Origin: an uncultured Bacteroidales bacterium
GTDB lineage: Bacteria; Bacteroidota; Bacteroidia; Bacteroidales; UBA4417
DNA: 64,000 nucleotides
Reading direction: 5' to 3'
NCBI GenBank assembly: GCA_903946925.1
Contig: CAJAXK010000259.1
Span: forward strand, 4,286-68,285
Each line of letters starts with the position of its first letter. The first letter of the stretch is position 1. The translations under genes and the position numbers were made by a program. Under the pieces are notes generated by a model. That model had not been told where the DNA came from. It searched no databases and worked only from the letters and a program-made list of their open reading frames with translations. Shown one piece after another: positions 18,193 through 28,299 of this stretch.

Positions 18193-19488
18193 ATGAATTA
18201 CCAGCAAACCTTAGATTACCTTTTCAGCCAATTGCCTATGTTCCACCGTATTGGTGCTGCCGCTTACAAGGCCGATTTGAGCAATACTCATGAGTTGTGC
18301 AGCTTGCTTGGCCATCCCGAAAAGGAATTCAGAAGCGTTCACATTGCAGGAACCAATGGCAAAGGATCCACATCTCATTTTTTGGCTTCGGTGTTGCAGG
18401 AAGCAGGCTATAAAACAGGTCTTTTCACATCGCCTCATCTTAAAGATTTTCGCGAAAGGGTGAAAATAAACGGTCAGATGATTGAAAAAAAAGCTGTTAG
18501 GGATTTTGTCAAACAACATAAAGCTGAGTTCGATTCCATACAACCTTCCTTTTTTGAGTGGACTTTTGCGTTGGCTGCTTGGTATTTTGCAAAAGAAAAA
18601 GTTGATATCGCTGTAATAGAAACTGGTATGGGTGGCCGGCTCGACTCCACAAATGTAATTTTGCCGCTTGTTTCCGTTATTACAAATATTGGCTTGGACC
18701 ACACCCAATTTTTAGGTTCAACTCTTGAAGCCATTGCTGTTGAAAAAGCGGGGATTATTAAATCTGGGATTCCAGTCGTAATTGGCGAAACCCAGCCGGA
18801 AACAAGCCCTGTTTTCGATAAAACAAGTCGGGAGCAAAACTCTGAAATCTCTTACGCCGATCAGCAAATTTTGTTGAAAGAAACAGCTTTTACACAACAA
18901 AACCCGCTGATGCTTGGTGCAACATTTTATGCACTGCAGAATGCTTTGTATTACAATTTGCTTTCGCCACTTTCGGGGAAATACCAGATCAAAAACCTGG
19001 CTACTGTTTTAAGCACACTCGAAGTTATTCAACGTATGGGATTCAATATCGGAGAAAGTTGTATTGAAAATGGAATCCTCAATGTAGTTAAAAATACAGG
19101 TCTGAAGGGCCGTTGGCAAACCATTAAACGCCGACCTTTGACCATTGCCGATATCGGTCATAACCCCGATGGTATCAGGGAAGTGCTTGAACAGCTTGCC
19201 ATCACTCCACATAATAAACTTCATTTTGTTCTTGGTGTGGTCAACGACAAGGACGTAAAAGGCATGTTAAGCAAGTTGCCTAAAAATGCAGTTTATTATT
19301 TTTGCAAAGCAAATATCCCACGTGGGTTGGCTGCCAGCGAACTTGCCAAATTGGCCGATGGCATTGGGTTGGAAGGAAAAGTTTTTGAAAGCGTAAAAGA
19401 TGCGTTATCCGCGGCGCAGCAATCCGCAAATACCGATGATTTGGTTTTGGTTGGTGGAAGTGCTTTTGTGGTTGCGGAGGTGGTTTAA
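18193..19488 (+). CDS. folC: Bifunctional folylpolyglutamate synthase / dihydrofolate synthase
   Basis: Mur-ligase P-loop 'HIAGTNGKGST'. The start is set at ATG 18193 ('MNYQQTLDYLF') because the upstream 33 codons of the ORF read through repeat copy A. Confidence 0.9.
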   Translation: MNYQQTLDYLFSQLPMFHRIGAAAYKADLSNTHELCSLLGHPEKEFRSVHIAGTNGKGSTSHFLASVLQEAGYKTGLFTSPHLKDFRERVKINGQMIEKKAVRDFVKQHKAEFDSIQPSFFEWTFALAAWYFAKEKVDIAVIETGMGGRLDSTNVILPLVSVITNIGLDHTQFLGSTLEAIAVEKAGIIKSGIPVVIGETQPETSPVFDKTSREQNSEISYADQQILLKETAFTQQNPLMLGATFYALQNALYYNLLSPLSGKYQIKNLATVLSTLEVIQRMGFNIGESCIENGILNVVKNTGLKGRWQTIKRRPLTIADIGHNPDGIREVLEQLAITPHNKLHFVLGVVNDKDVKGMLSKLPKNAVYYFCKANIPRGLAASELAKLADGIGLEGKVFESVKDALSAAQQSANTDDLVLVGGSAFVVAEVV

Positions 19489-19624
19489 GGCTAAGTGGAA
19501 AGGGAAATAATGACCTAAAATCTCAAGTTATTTCAACTGAATTTCAACTGTATAAAAGAAAGAGGTAAGTGAAACAGGTTAAAATTCCATTCTCTTGATT
19601 TATGCTGAACATGCACAAATTGGT

Positions 19625-19846
19625 TTACCCTTCTTCATTTTGGTTTGACGGGTAGTTATACCATACAACTCTTGGTCTTATAAACTGAATCGCGATAAAA
19701 GCAATCAGGGGAACAAAAAAGGCAAATACTCCCCAGCCCCATTTGTCCCAGCCCAGTGTTTTTGCCCTTTTTACACAATAAATGGTTATCCCGATTCTGA
19801 GTATCATCAGCAATCCATTTAAACCTGATGCAGTTTGAGGATCCAT
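19625..19846 (-). CDS. Small two-TM membrane protein (hypothetical)
   Basis: ORF 19625..19876. An internal ATG gives 'MDPQTASGLNGLLMILRIGITIYC...WGWGVFAFFVPLIAFIAIQF'. Two hydrophobic helices. Confidence 0.4.
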   Translation of the reverse strand: MDPQTASGLNGLLMILRIGITIYCVKRAKTLGWDKWGWGVFAFFVPLIAFIAIQFIRPRVVWYNYPSNQNEEG

Positions 19847-19903
19847 ACAATACTTGTTTTTTCGTAAATAAACCAAAAATAAAATTTTCTAACCCACACT
19901 AAC

Positions 19904-20284
19904 ATGAATATCTACTCAAGCATCGGCGCAGGCATCGTTATTTTTGCCTTGATAGCCTACAGTCTATCCATTATTACCGAACAACGCAAACGTTTGGTTA
20001 GTAGCTTTGTAATCAGGTTTCTTACCATAGGTATTGTACTTGATATTACCGCTACCATTTTCATGATTGTTGGAAGTTCAAACTCGGCTTTCACACTTCA
20101 TGGCATTTTAGGATATTCATCCTTGGCAGCCATGTTTATTGACACAATACTTATTTGGAAGTTTTATTTAGCAAGCCCAACAGGCACTATGGTTCCTAAA
20201 AGGTTACATCTGTATTCGCGGTTCGCTTATGCATGGTGGGTAATAACGTTTTTTACTGGTTTGATGCTGGTAGTTTTGAAGTAA
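19904..20284 (+). CDS. Four-TM membrane protein (hypothetical)
   Basis: 126 aa with four hydrophobic segments. No assignable motif. Confidence 0.55.
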   Translation: MNIYSSIGAGIVIFALIAYSLSIITEQRKRLVSSFVIRFLTIGIVLDITATIFMIVGSSNSAFTLHGILGYSSLAAMFIDTILIWKFYLASPTGTMVPKRLHLYSRFAYAWWVITFFTGLMLVVLK

Positions 20285-20362
20285 AAAACCTTAATGCACT
20301 TCAGAAATTGACTTCTGTTTAGCATTCAGTTGAATGAGTCTAACTTCTGGAATGGAAGTCGT

Positions 20363-20566
20363 TCAGCCACCCGAAATCAGGTGCAATACCATTACATCGT
20401 CGCCATCATTTATAAGGGCCGAACTGTAATCGCTTTTTTTAATAAGCTGTCCATTTACCTTTATGACCAGCATTTTAAAAGTGAATTTTTTTGCCTGTAG
20501 CAGTTCGTTTACAGTAAACTGAGGGGCATCAAAAACTTCTTCCTTGTTATTGAGTATAATTTTCAT
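20363..20566 (-). CDS. thiS: ThiS/MoaD-type sulfur-carrier protein
   Basis: 67 aa ending '...DGDDVMVLHLISGG' (C-terminal Gly-Gly). Directly downstream of the E1-like gene. Confidence 0.85.
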   Translation of the reverse strand: MKIILNNKEEVFDAPQFTVNELLQAKKFTFKMLVIKVNGQLIKKSDYSSALINDGDDVMVLHLISGG

Positions 20567-21178
20567 TTATTGATGTTCTGTATGGATTTGGTGTTCGTTT
20601 GTGCCAAGAAGTATTTCCATCACTGCATTGGCCTGCATATTTGCAACAATTCCCACACGCGGGGCTAAGGGTGGGCATTTTTCGGAAATGGCGTTTTTTT
20701 CGTCGCCACAAATAATCAGTTTATCCGACTGCCGCGAATGTATAAGGTTGTTGCCCCCCCAACCGGCCATGCCAACGCCCATCACAAGGAATTTTTCAGG
20801 CATATAATTATGCACGGCATCTAAAATCATATACTTCATTTCTGGTTTGTCGAAAGCCTCAACAATTACATCGCATTTACTGAAAATTTCGATTATATCG
20901 CTCTGGCACAGGCGAATATCAAAGGTGTTAACCCGCACATCGGGATTTATACGGAAAAGGTTTTGCTTAAGTGCCGATACTTTCAACATCCCGATCTGGT
21001 CGTAAAAATAAAATTGCCGGTTCAGGTTTCCTTCTTCTACAAGGTCGAAATCGGCAACAACCAACCTGCCAATCCCAACCCGCGCCAAAGCAACGGCACA
21101 GTTGGAACCTAAGCCTCCACAGCCGGCAATACCAACTGTTTTGGTTTTCAGGATATGTTTTACCTCTTCAAAAGTCAT
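20567..21178 (-). CDS. thiF: ThiF-family E1-like adenylyltransferase (short form)
   Basis: 203 aa. Rossmann 'VGIAGCGGLGSNCAVALARVGIGRLVVADFD' followed by 'NLNRQ'. Confidence 0.85.
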   Translation of the reverse strand: MTFEEVKHILKTKTVGIAGCGGLGSNCAVALARVGIGRLVVADFDLVEEGNLNRQFYFYDQIGMLKVSALKQNLFRINPDVRVNTFDIRLCQSDIIEIFSKCDVIVEAFDKPEMKYMILDAVHNYMPEKFLVMGVGMAGWGGNNLIHSRQSDKLIICGDEKNAISEKCPPLAPRVGIVANMQANAVMEILLGTNEHQIHTEHQ

Positions 21179-21459
21179 TTGACAAACTTATGGAAAAACA
21201 TAATATGTTGGGCGGGATTTTTGAACTATTTATGTGATGTGGTTTTTTGGGGCTTTAGGCGGATAGGCTTTAGGCAGTTAGGCAGTTAGGCTGTTGGGCT
21301 GTTTGTGTTTAAGCTTGTGGGTTGTTACTGCAATATTGATTTTCCAATAAATTCGATTGAAATATTTCCACAAAAGAGAAAAGACCAAACCCGAAAAATT
21401 TCGCAAATAGGCCTTTGGTGTTGCAATGCAGCTTTAATAAAAAAAATACTTATTGAAAA

Positions 21460-23169
21460 TCAACGGTTTACTTCAAACAAACTGGTTTTCGACACCATTT
21501 CCCCGTTTTCAGTAACTCCTTCCAGAAAAATCGCATACTTACCAGGTGTATCGGGGGCTAAAAACGTAAATGTCATTTCTTTATCCTCTTGTAAAGATAT
21601 CATGGGCTGCCAAAGCAAAGTGTTTCGGGTATCAGGTGTATAGGAGTTCAGTTGATTATTCACTTCCGGTTGCCAACTTTGGGTAAGGAAACGGTAATTG
21701 ATAAATATTCCGGTCGAGGGAAGGTCAATGCCTGCAAAATCGCCTTTTTTAGAAATAATGCTGATTATCCCACCATATGTTTGGCCTCCTTTTATATAGG
21801 TTTGGTTTACAATTTCAATACGCGATACATTTTGGGGCGAAATCGCCAATATTTTCGATGGTTCGTCAACAGCTACCCAGTCAATCATAACCAATGGTTC
21901 GTAAAAGGATACATCGCTGTTGCCAATAACGTTAAAATAGGGTTCCCCTTTTTGTTTCCGCACTTTAACCTGGCTCCGTAATTCGTTAAAATAATCCTCA
22001 AGGGTTGGCAATTGGATGTATTGGTCAAGAAATATTATCGAGGTAGGTGTCCCATAAAATGCTGTTTCCTCTTTTTTTCTGGTAACTGTATCCACCACTG
22101 GTTTGTTGATGTATTGCAAATCTATTTGCCTGTTCAAAGCCATTTTGAAAACGGCATCCCTTTCAGGTTCAGTTAAGGCGAAACTTGCGGACGGAAGCTG
22201 AAAAGGTGTGGTGCAAAAATCATTGTCCACCCAAATTTTAATATCTTTCAATGGCAATTTTTCCGAACAGATAAATAAATCCCTTGATCCATAATATTCG
22301 GGCAATGCGAAAAAAAAACTGCCGCTGCTATCGGTCCGCACGGCCATAAAATCGCGGCCTTCGCCCATTATGGACAAATTCACCCGTTTCCCTTTTATGG
22401 GAATTTCATCAGTTCCATAATTTAGTTTTCCGTTGATTGACAGCCCAAGGTTTTCGGCAAAATACGAATTTTTGTTTTGTTCTGTCTCTGCTGTTGCAGG
22501 TATGGCTTTGTGGCTTGATTTGGCTGCTTCAGGAACAACCGACATGCAAATGTTCCTGATCTTGGGTTCAAATCCTGAAAGTTTTTTCACGGAAACATAC
22601 ACCGTGTCGCGCGATGGATATTTACTTCTATTGGTAGAAACCAACAACGATTTGTTTCCAATTATTGGCGAAACATCAGTTTTTCGGATGCTTTCGGTTT
22701 TTTGACTTGTATTGGTAGCAACCAATTCAGCCTTTTCTGGATTTACAATTCTGATTTCATTGTACGAATAAGTTCCCGGGCCTCCATTACGCATCAACTT
22801 TGTATAAGCCCTTATAAAATAGGTCCCACTTAACAAATCGGTAGGGATGTTCAGCTTCCCGGCAACTGAACACAGCGAAACAAGGAATTTTTCGCCCGAA
22901 ATTTTACTGCCATCAGGCGTAATTAGCTCACAATAAACTATTTGGCTTGATGGATGCCCATTCAGGCTGTCTGCATCAAATAAGGTTGCCGAAAAACTAA
23001 CCTGCTCGCCAACTATATAAATGGAACGATCGGTAAACAGTATCACTTTTTCCTGGTTTTGCAGGCGTTTCCCCACCTGTGCATTTGCTGCAAACGATGC
23101 ACAAACTAACAGTAGCAGGCAAAGCAAAACAGCACGTTTGTTTGTTTTATCCATTTTTAACGAGGCCAA
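21460..23169 (-). CDS. Secreted protein with N-terminal MG2-like (alpha-2-macroglobulin-type) domain
   Basis: Signal peptide 'LLCLLLLVCASFAANAQ'. 'VILFTDRSIYIVGEQVSFSATLF...GTYFIRAYT' resembles MG2 domains. Last gene of the TonB-receptor operon. Confidence 0.65.
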   Translation of the reverse strand: MASLKMDKTNKRAVLLCLLLLVCASFAANAQVGKRLQNQEKVILFTDRSIYIVGEQVSFSATLFDADSLNGHPSSQIVYCELITPDGSKISGEKFLVSLCSVAGKLNIPTDLLSGTYFIRAYTKLMRNGGPGTYSYNEIRIVNPEKAELVATNTSQKTESIRKTDVSPIIGNKSLLVSTNRSKYPSRDTVYVSVKKLSGFEPKIRNICMSVVPEAAKSSHKAIPATAETEQNKNSYFAENLGLSINGKLNYGTDEIPIKGKRVNLSIMGEGRDFMAVRTDSSGSFFFALPEYYGSRDLFICSEKLPLKDIKIWVDNDFCTTPFQLPSASFALTEPERDAVFKMALNRQIDLQYINKPVVDTVTRKKEETAFYGTPTSIIFLDQYIQLPTLEDYFNELRSQVKVRKQKGEPYFNVIGNSDVSFYEPLVMIDWVAVDEPSKILAISPQNVSRIEIVNQTYIKGGQTYGGIISIISKKGDFAGIDLPSTGIFINYRFLTQSWQPEVNNQLNSYTPDTRNTLLWQPMISLQEDKEMTFTFLAPDTPGKYAIFLEGVTENGEMVSKTSLFEVNR

Positions 23170-24326
23170 AATGCGGGTTTTATTGTGTCGCCTCCCAAGG
23201 TGAGGCAGTCGTAGCAGTAATTGTCTAAAAGTATGAGCAGGTAACTATATTGGGTTGCGTACAAATAGGCGGGGTACATACTTTTTGGAATCCCTTTCAG
23301 CCCTGTCCTTCTTGGTTCTTCGCCCGCTGTGCTACAGCCGGGATCATATTCCGATGGCAGGTTTTCGACGTCTTTTATAAATATACGTTTGGAACTAACG
23401 CTCGAAGCACTAAAAAAACCAAGTATTTCCTGCTCGGGATTGGTAATGTTATGCATATTCCCTTTAATAACAAGCGGTTGCTTTTCGTATAGGCCACCTT
23501 GTTCAACACTGTTGATGCGGAGTTTTTCCCAATAGTTGAATGCAGCTTCGCTAAGCGCATATTGCCTAAGCAGGAGGCTATACCCGTAAACTAAACGCGA
23601 TGAAGAAACATTGTCAACAAAATGCAATGGGTACAAATCGTATCTGTTTTGTGCAAAGTTTTTGGTGGTTAAAGTAAAAATGTTTTTTACCGGTCCAGTC
23701 TTCCAACAAATCTGCCGCGAATGGTCGGGTGGCAATATGTGGTGAAGTGTACCATCGTAAAACCATTCTATTGGATAAACGGCATGGTATTCGTACGATT
23801 CTATCGCTTCCCACCTAAAATAACGGCTTTCTATATTTTGGGCATTCAGGTTAGTATAAAACTGAATGCCTTTGGTCTCAAAAACCGGGTTGCTAGCTGG
23901 TATGGATTCAAGTTCGTAATAGAGTGTATCCACTTCGGGGCAATCATGCATCTGGTCGAAATCAGAAACAATATTTATCCCGCCAGGTACCAGTATATCA
24001 ACTTTATACGATGTTCCTGTAACGAGCTTGTTTTGAGGGATTTGTACATCGTAATTCCCATCCAGCATATCGGTAGCGGTATAAGAATTGCCTTTATCAT
24101 CAATTATTTTAACAACACAGCCAGTAATTGGAAAATGTTTTGGTTGGCTTACCGGCGAAGTGGTTGATATGTTAACGTGTTGAATGTCATCACCTTTGTT
24201 CACTTCGCCGGAAACAACAAATTTAACGGCATCCTTGCTTTCAATTTCCGGTTCGTAGCGTTTCACGCACGATGCCAGAAGCAATGTTAAAATCACAAAC
24301 AGTGCAAGTTCTTTATTCGGACGCAT
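23157..24326 (-). CDS. Lipoprotein partner of the TonB-dependent receptor (DUF4249-like by position and size)
   Basis: ATG at 24326 gives 'MRPNKELALFVILTLLLASC'. Overlaps the receptor stop by 14 nt. The pairing of a CarboxypepD_reg-TBDR with this lipoprotein is recurrent in Bacteroidota. Confidence 0.65.
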   Translation of the reverse strand: MRPNKELALFVILTLLLASCVKRYEPEIESKDAVKFVVSGEVNKGDDIQHVNISTTSPVSQPKHFPITGCVVKIIDDKGNSYTATDMLDGNYDVQIPQNKLVTGTSYKVDILVPGGINIVSDFDQMHDCPEVDTLYYELESIPASNPVFETKGIQFYTNLNAQNIESRYFRWEAIESYEYHAVYPIEWFYDGTLHHILPPDHSRQICWKTGPVKNIFTLTTKNFAQNRYDLYPLHFVDNVSSSRLVYGYSLLLRQYALSEAAFNYWEKLRINSVEQGGLYEKQPLVIKGNMHNITNPEQEILGFFSASSVSSKRIFIKDVENLPSEYDPGCSTAGEEPRRTGLKGIPKSMYPAYLYATQYSYLLILLDNYCYDCLTLGGDTIKPAFWPR

Positions 24327-27090
24327 AATTCCCAAGTTTAAATTGCCAGGTTGCAGTAAATATAGGTACGCCAATCACAGAATATTGATAGCTGCGTATT
24401 ACGCCATCTTCGGTTTTATAATACACCGAATATGGGTTTTCCCTTCCCATGGCATTGTACAAACTAAAAATATAAGAGCTGTGCATAAATTTCCGCTTCT
24501 TCAAGTTCCCTTCTATGGTTACCGAAAAATCGGTTCGGAAGTAATCGGGGATGCGGTAGGCGTTCCGTTTTGAATAATCGAGTACCGGCAAACCATTTAC
24601 ATAATACACCGAAACAGGATAAGTTACAGGTTTCCCGGTTTGGTAAGTTATAATGGAAGCAAATGTTATACGCCTGGTAATATGATAGTTGGCTACAAGA
24701 TTTAATACATGTGGGATATCGAAATTTGCCGGATAGGATTCGCCACCGTTTATCTGGTTAAACTCCTGGCCACCATCAACTTTTATTTTTGAGCGCGAAT
24801 AAGTGTAAGCAATCCAGCCATCGAGTTTCCGTGAGCTGCGTTTTAAGAAAAATTCCACGCCCCAGGCTGTTTGGTCGCCTTGTAAAACAGAGGTTTCCAC
24901 CAATGGGTTGTTCAGGAAATCGGCACCATCTTTAAATTCGGGGAAATTAGTAGTTTGTTTATAGAACAATTCTGCCGATGTTTCTAATGCATATTCGGCC
25001 AATGTGCGGAAAACTCCGGCAGACCATTGGTTGCTTTTGGATGGTAGTATATGATAATCAGAAAGTTTCCATTGTGTATTAGGAGCTATTGCTGCTGTAG
25101 TATTCAGCATAAACAGGTTTTGGTGCATTTGGTTAAAAGCAAGTTTAACCGATCCTGCATCATCGGTTTTAATGTTTGCGGCAACCCTGAAGTCTGGCTC
25201 GTGGTTCCATCGTATTACTTGGTTTTTATCAAAACTAAGCGTGTCAACTATATTCCTGATATCGGTTGATTGGTTTTCAGCATATAGGTAAACTGTTTTA
25301 GGTCCAATTGGTGTAAATATGGCGTACCTTATTCCTGTAGTAATTTTTAGCCAGGGAAAAACATCGCAATTCTCCGAAATATAAATAGCACTTTCTACAC
25401 CTTGTTCCGTTCCAAGTTCTACAGGCTTGCGGTACGAGTTGTCGCCGTAAGGCAGCACATCGCCACGGTTGAGTTTGTAAAGTATGGAGTTAATGCCATA
25501 TTCGAGCGAATTTTTTTCGTTTAGCACTTGCCTGAAATCGCTTTTAAACTCATAATGCTCCATTTTGTAAGCATGTTGGTATGCGTTCGACTCCTGCTGT
25601 TTGTCAATAGTTGAGAAATCGTATTGCGAAGCAATCAACGAAAATTCGCCACGTACCGTGCTGCTGAAATTGTGGTTCAGTGAAAGCGAAGCCCCATTGT
25701 TGGAGTATTCGTAACTGCTAAGTTCCGACAAACTGAATTTGTCGAAACTATGGTAAGCGAGAAAGGAAAGTTGTGACTTCTTAATGTCAAAATTCAGGCC
25801 TGCCGAAAAATCGTTGAAGGAAGCACTACTGTTCTGTATATCAGGATCTTTAACCTTTTTTAGTATCCAGTCGGAATATGACGACCTTGCACTGAGCATA
25901 AACGAACTGTTTTCTTTTTTAAGCGGGCTTTCAATTACTAGATTGCATGTAATTGGGCTTATGCCACCGCGGGCAGTAAAGTTTTTGCGGTTTCCCTGAC
26001 GGGTAATAATATTGAAAACCGACGAAAGATGGCCTCCGTACTGAGCGGGTATGTGGCCCTTATATATCGAAAAGTCCTTTATAATATCAGTATTGAAGGC
26101 TGGGAAAAAACCGAAAAGGTGCGAAGTGTTGTAAATCGGTATTTTGTTCAAATAGAAAGCGTTTTGATCGGAGCCACCGCCACGTACGTTCAACCCAGCC
26201 GAACCTTCGCCAACACTTACAATACCTGGCAATGTAGCCGACACTTTCAAAATATCGCGCTCGCCCATCATCATGGGGAGTTCTTTTATCGATTTTATCG
26301 ACATCTTTACCAATCCCGCATCTTTTGACCGGAAAGCCATTTGCCTGTCGCCATAAACCACTACTTCATTCATTTGAATCATGGTTTTTTTCATCTTTAC
26401 TGTAAATTCGCCATCCGAAAATACTGCCATCTGGTATTTTTGTTTGGCATATCCGAGGAACTCGAAATTGGCGTTATAATTACCCGGTAACAGTGTTAGC
26501 GAAACAAACCCGTTTACATCGGATACTGCACCTGTTTTTGTTTCGGCAATAAAAATAATGGCCGAATAAATAGGTTCGCCGGTTTCAATGTCAAAAATGC
26601 GGCCCATTATTTTCGCTTTTGCGCCAGGAACCATGGCGTTTTTCCGGCCAACCTGCAAAACCTGCACAACATCAGCTTTACGACCGGTAATATATTTTTC
26701 TTCACTGGCCGTAACTACTTTTGTATTGGAATCGGCTAAAACCCCATTCGGTTTTGTGCCAAGATAGGAAGGCAAGGATGTTAACAGTTTTTCATTTTCG
26801 AGTATAACGAGGTTGCCATGCCAATCCGAAACTTCCAGTTTTGTGCCTTTTAATGCAAAAGTAACAGCATCAAATGCGGATATTGAATCGGCATTTAATG
26901 TGATTTTGATTTCCTTGACCCACTTTTCCTGATAAAAGACCTTGACCGATGTTTGCTTTGCAACCAAATTACAGAATTCAGCAAAAGGCATTTCGTTTGC
27001 ATGGCACGATAAAACTGTTTGGGCTTGCTGTGCATGGCTGCCAAGCGAAACCAAAATGAAAAAGATTAGTATGAATAGCTTTTTCAACAT
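24313..27090 (-). CDS. TonB-dependent receptor with N-terminal STN-like and carboxypeptidase-regulatory-like domains
   Basis: Signal 'MLKKLFILIFFILVSLGSHAQQ'. STN-like 'FAEFCNLVAKQTSVKVFY...'. 'GRIFDIETGEPIYSAIIFIAETKTGAVSDVNGFVSL'. Plug 'LNVRGGGSDQNAFYLNKIPIYN'. Long beta-barrel. Confidence 0.85.
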   Translation of the reverse strand: MLKKLFILIFFILVSLGSHAQQAQTVLSCHANEMPFAEFCNLVAKQTSVKVFYQEKWVKEIKITLNADSISAFDAVTFALKGTKLEVSDWHGNLVILENEKLLTSLPSYLGTKPNGVLADSNTKVVTASEEKYITGRKADVVQVLQVGRKNAMVPGAKAKIMGRIFDIETGEPIYSAIIFIAETKTGAVSDVNGFVSLTLLPGNYNANFEFLGYAKQKYQMAVFSDGEFTVKMKKTMIQMNEVVVYGDRQMAFRSKDAGLVKMSIKSIKELPMMMGERDILKVSATLPGIVSVGEGSAGLNVRGGGSDQNAFYLNKIPIYNTSHLFGFFPAFNTDIIKDFSIYKGHIPAQYGGHLSSVFNIITRQGNRKNFTARGGISPITCNLVIESPLKKENSSFMLSARSSYSDWILKKVKDPDIQNSSASFNDFSAGLNFDIKKSQLSFLAYHSFDKFSLSELSSYEYSNNGASLSLNHNFSSTVRGEFSLIASQYDFSTIDKQQESNAYQHAYKMEHYEFKSDFRQVLNEKNSLEYGINSILYKLNRGDVLPYGDNSYRKPVELGTEQGVESAIYISENCDVFPWLKITTGIRYAIFTPIGPKTVYLYAENQSTDIRNIVDTLSFDKNQVIRWNHEPDFRVAANIKTDDAGSVKLAFNQMHQNLFMLNTTAAIAPNTQWKLSDYHILPSKSNQWSAGVFRTLAEYALETSAELFYKQTTNFPEFKDGADFLNNPLVETSVLQGDQTAWGVEFFLKRSSRKLDGWIAYTYSRSKIKVDGGQEFNQINGGESYPANFDIPHVLNLVANYHITRRITFASIITYQTGKPVTYPVSVYYVNGLPVLDYSKRNAYRIPDYFRTDFSVTIEGNLKKRKFMHSSYIFSLYNAMGRENPYSVYYKTEDGVIRSYQYSVIGVPIFTATWQFKLGNYASE

Positions 27091-27776
27091 CAATTGAGTG
27101 TGCTGCAATAATTTATCAATTCATTCATTTGCAAGTCATTGCTTTTTTTAACCTTGATTTTGTTTTTACGCATGTATTTTTTGATGGCTTCGCGCTTGTC
27201 TAAGCCATAGCATTTAACAAAACCACGGTTGCTGTTAAATCCTGTAATTTTCCCATCCATAAGTATAAACATTGCTTTTCGTACTTCCGAAAAATAATGG
27301 TTGCTATTGGTTTTAAAATTATCGATTAAAAGTTCCTTGCTAAACGAAAACAGTATTTTGTGGCTTCCCTGGCCTAATACCTGGTATATTTTTTTTATTG
27401 TGTCGTCATTTGAAAACGACTCAAAATGGCAGCCGCCGAGTTCGTAGCTTTCAAGCCATGCCGCTGAAATGGAAATCAGGTTTGTTGCGCCGGTTGGATT
27501 GGTGTATTTAAGCACTAATTGTTGGTTGAAGATATCGTAATTTAAAACTAGGCCGGTAAAAGTAACCCCGCGTAAGGTAATGCTGCCGTGTAAATCGAAA
27601 TTAGCAAATAAATACTGGGAACCTGCTGTTCCAGGTTTTGGAAAAAAATTATACGATGCACCATTATACAACAAAGGGTCGAAACCATATACAGGATCTT
27701 GACTGCCAGTGGTTTGTGCAAAGCCAACAATAGGGCTAACCGTAAGGAATAGCAAAACCGGCAAGTGTATCAACAT
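27090..27776 (-). CDS. Secreted hypothetical protein, first gene of the TonB-receptor operon
   Basis: 228 aa with a signal peptide. Its stop overlaps the receptor start as TGATG. Confidence 0.6.
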   Translation of the reverse strand: MLIHLPVLLFLTVSPIVGFAQTTGSQDPVYGFDPLLYNGASYNFFPKPGTAGSQYLFANFDLHGSITLRGVTFTGLVLNYDIFNQQLVLKYTNPTGATNLISISAAWLESYELGGCHFESFSNDDTIKKIYQVLGQGSHKILFSFSKELLIDNFKTNSNHYFSEVRKAMFILMDGKITGFNSNRGFVKCYGLDKREAIKKYMRKNKIKVKKSNDLQMNELINYCSTLN

Positions 27777-28210
27777 TTGCCACCAACAGGTAAACAGTGT
27801 ATTGGAAGTGCGGTTCGTAAGTTTGGTTTTAGGATATTATTGTTTTTTCGGAACAAACAAAGTGGGTGATTAACACATCCAAATCACCGTTTTATTTGAG
27901 CAAGCCTGCAAATGCAAATCTATGTAAAATTAGGTATTAACCAGCTAAATATAAAATTACTTTGTGCAAGTAGTATTGATCGGAAGTTTATTTGTATAAA
28001 TATCAATTGATTGCAGAATCAATATCAAAATAGCCGGATCTTGCACGAAAATCCATAGTTTCCACAAAAAAACATTTAAGTTTACTCATAAATGCCTGTT
28101 TTTACTGTTTTTTTTGGGAAAGCTCAACAAATCTCGCAATAAGTCTTCGCTAAATTCCTTAAGTTAAAAATTGCAGGTTGCGGATTTCGGATTTCGGAAT
28201 GTCTATTGAG

Positions 28211-28299
28211 AATAACCAATAGCGAATAACCAATAGCGAATAACCAATAGCGAATAACCAATAACGAATAACCAATAACGAATAACAAATAACCAATAC
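28211..28299. repeat. 14-bp tandem array (AATAACCAATAGCG x3, AATAACCAATAACG x2, then degenerate)
   Basis: Read directly. Preceded by 'GCGGATTTCGGATTTCGGAATG' at 28180-28201. Confidence 0.9.

Noticed and set aside
21179-21459. TPP riboswitch upstream of thiF.
   Set aside because: I could not find the conserved CUGAGA and ACCUGAUCUGG-type boxes on the minus strand. I report only their absence by eye; a covariance-model scan is needed to be certain.
28180-28299. Possible CRISPR array, considered here and at the other tandem arrays (3388-3440, 45613-45643, 46276-46428).
   Set aside because: Units are 7-14 bp and directly abut without unique spacers, and no cas genes are present. These are simple tandem repeats, not CRISPR.
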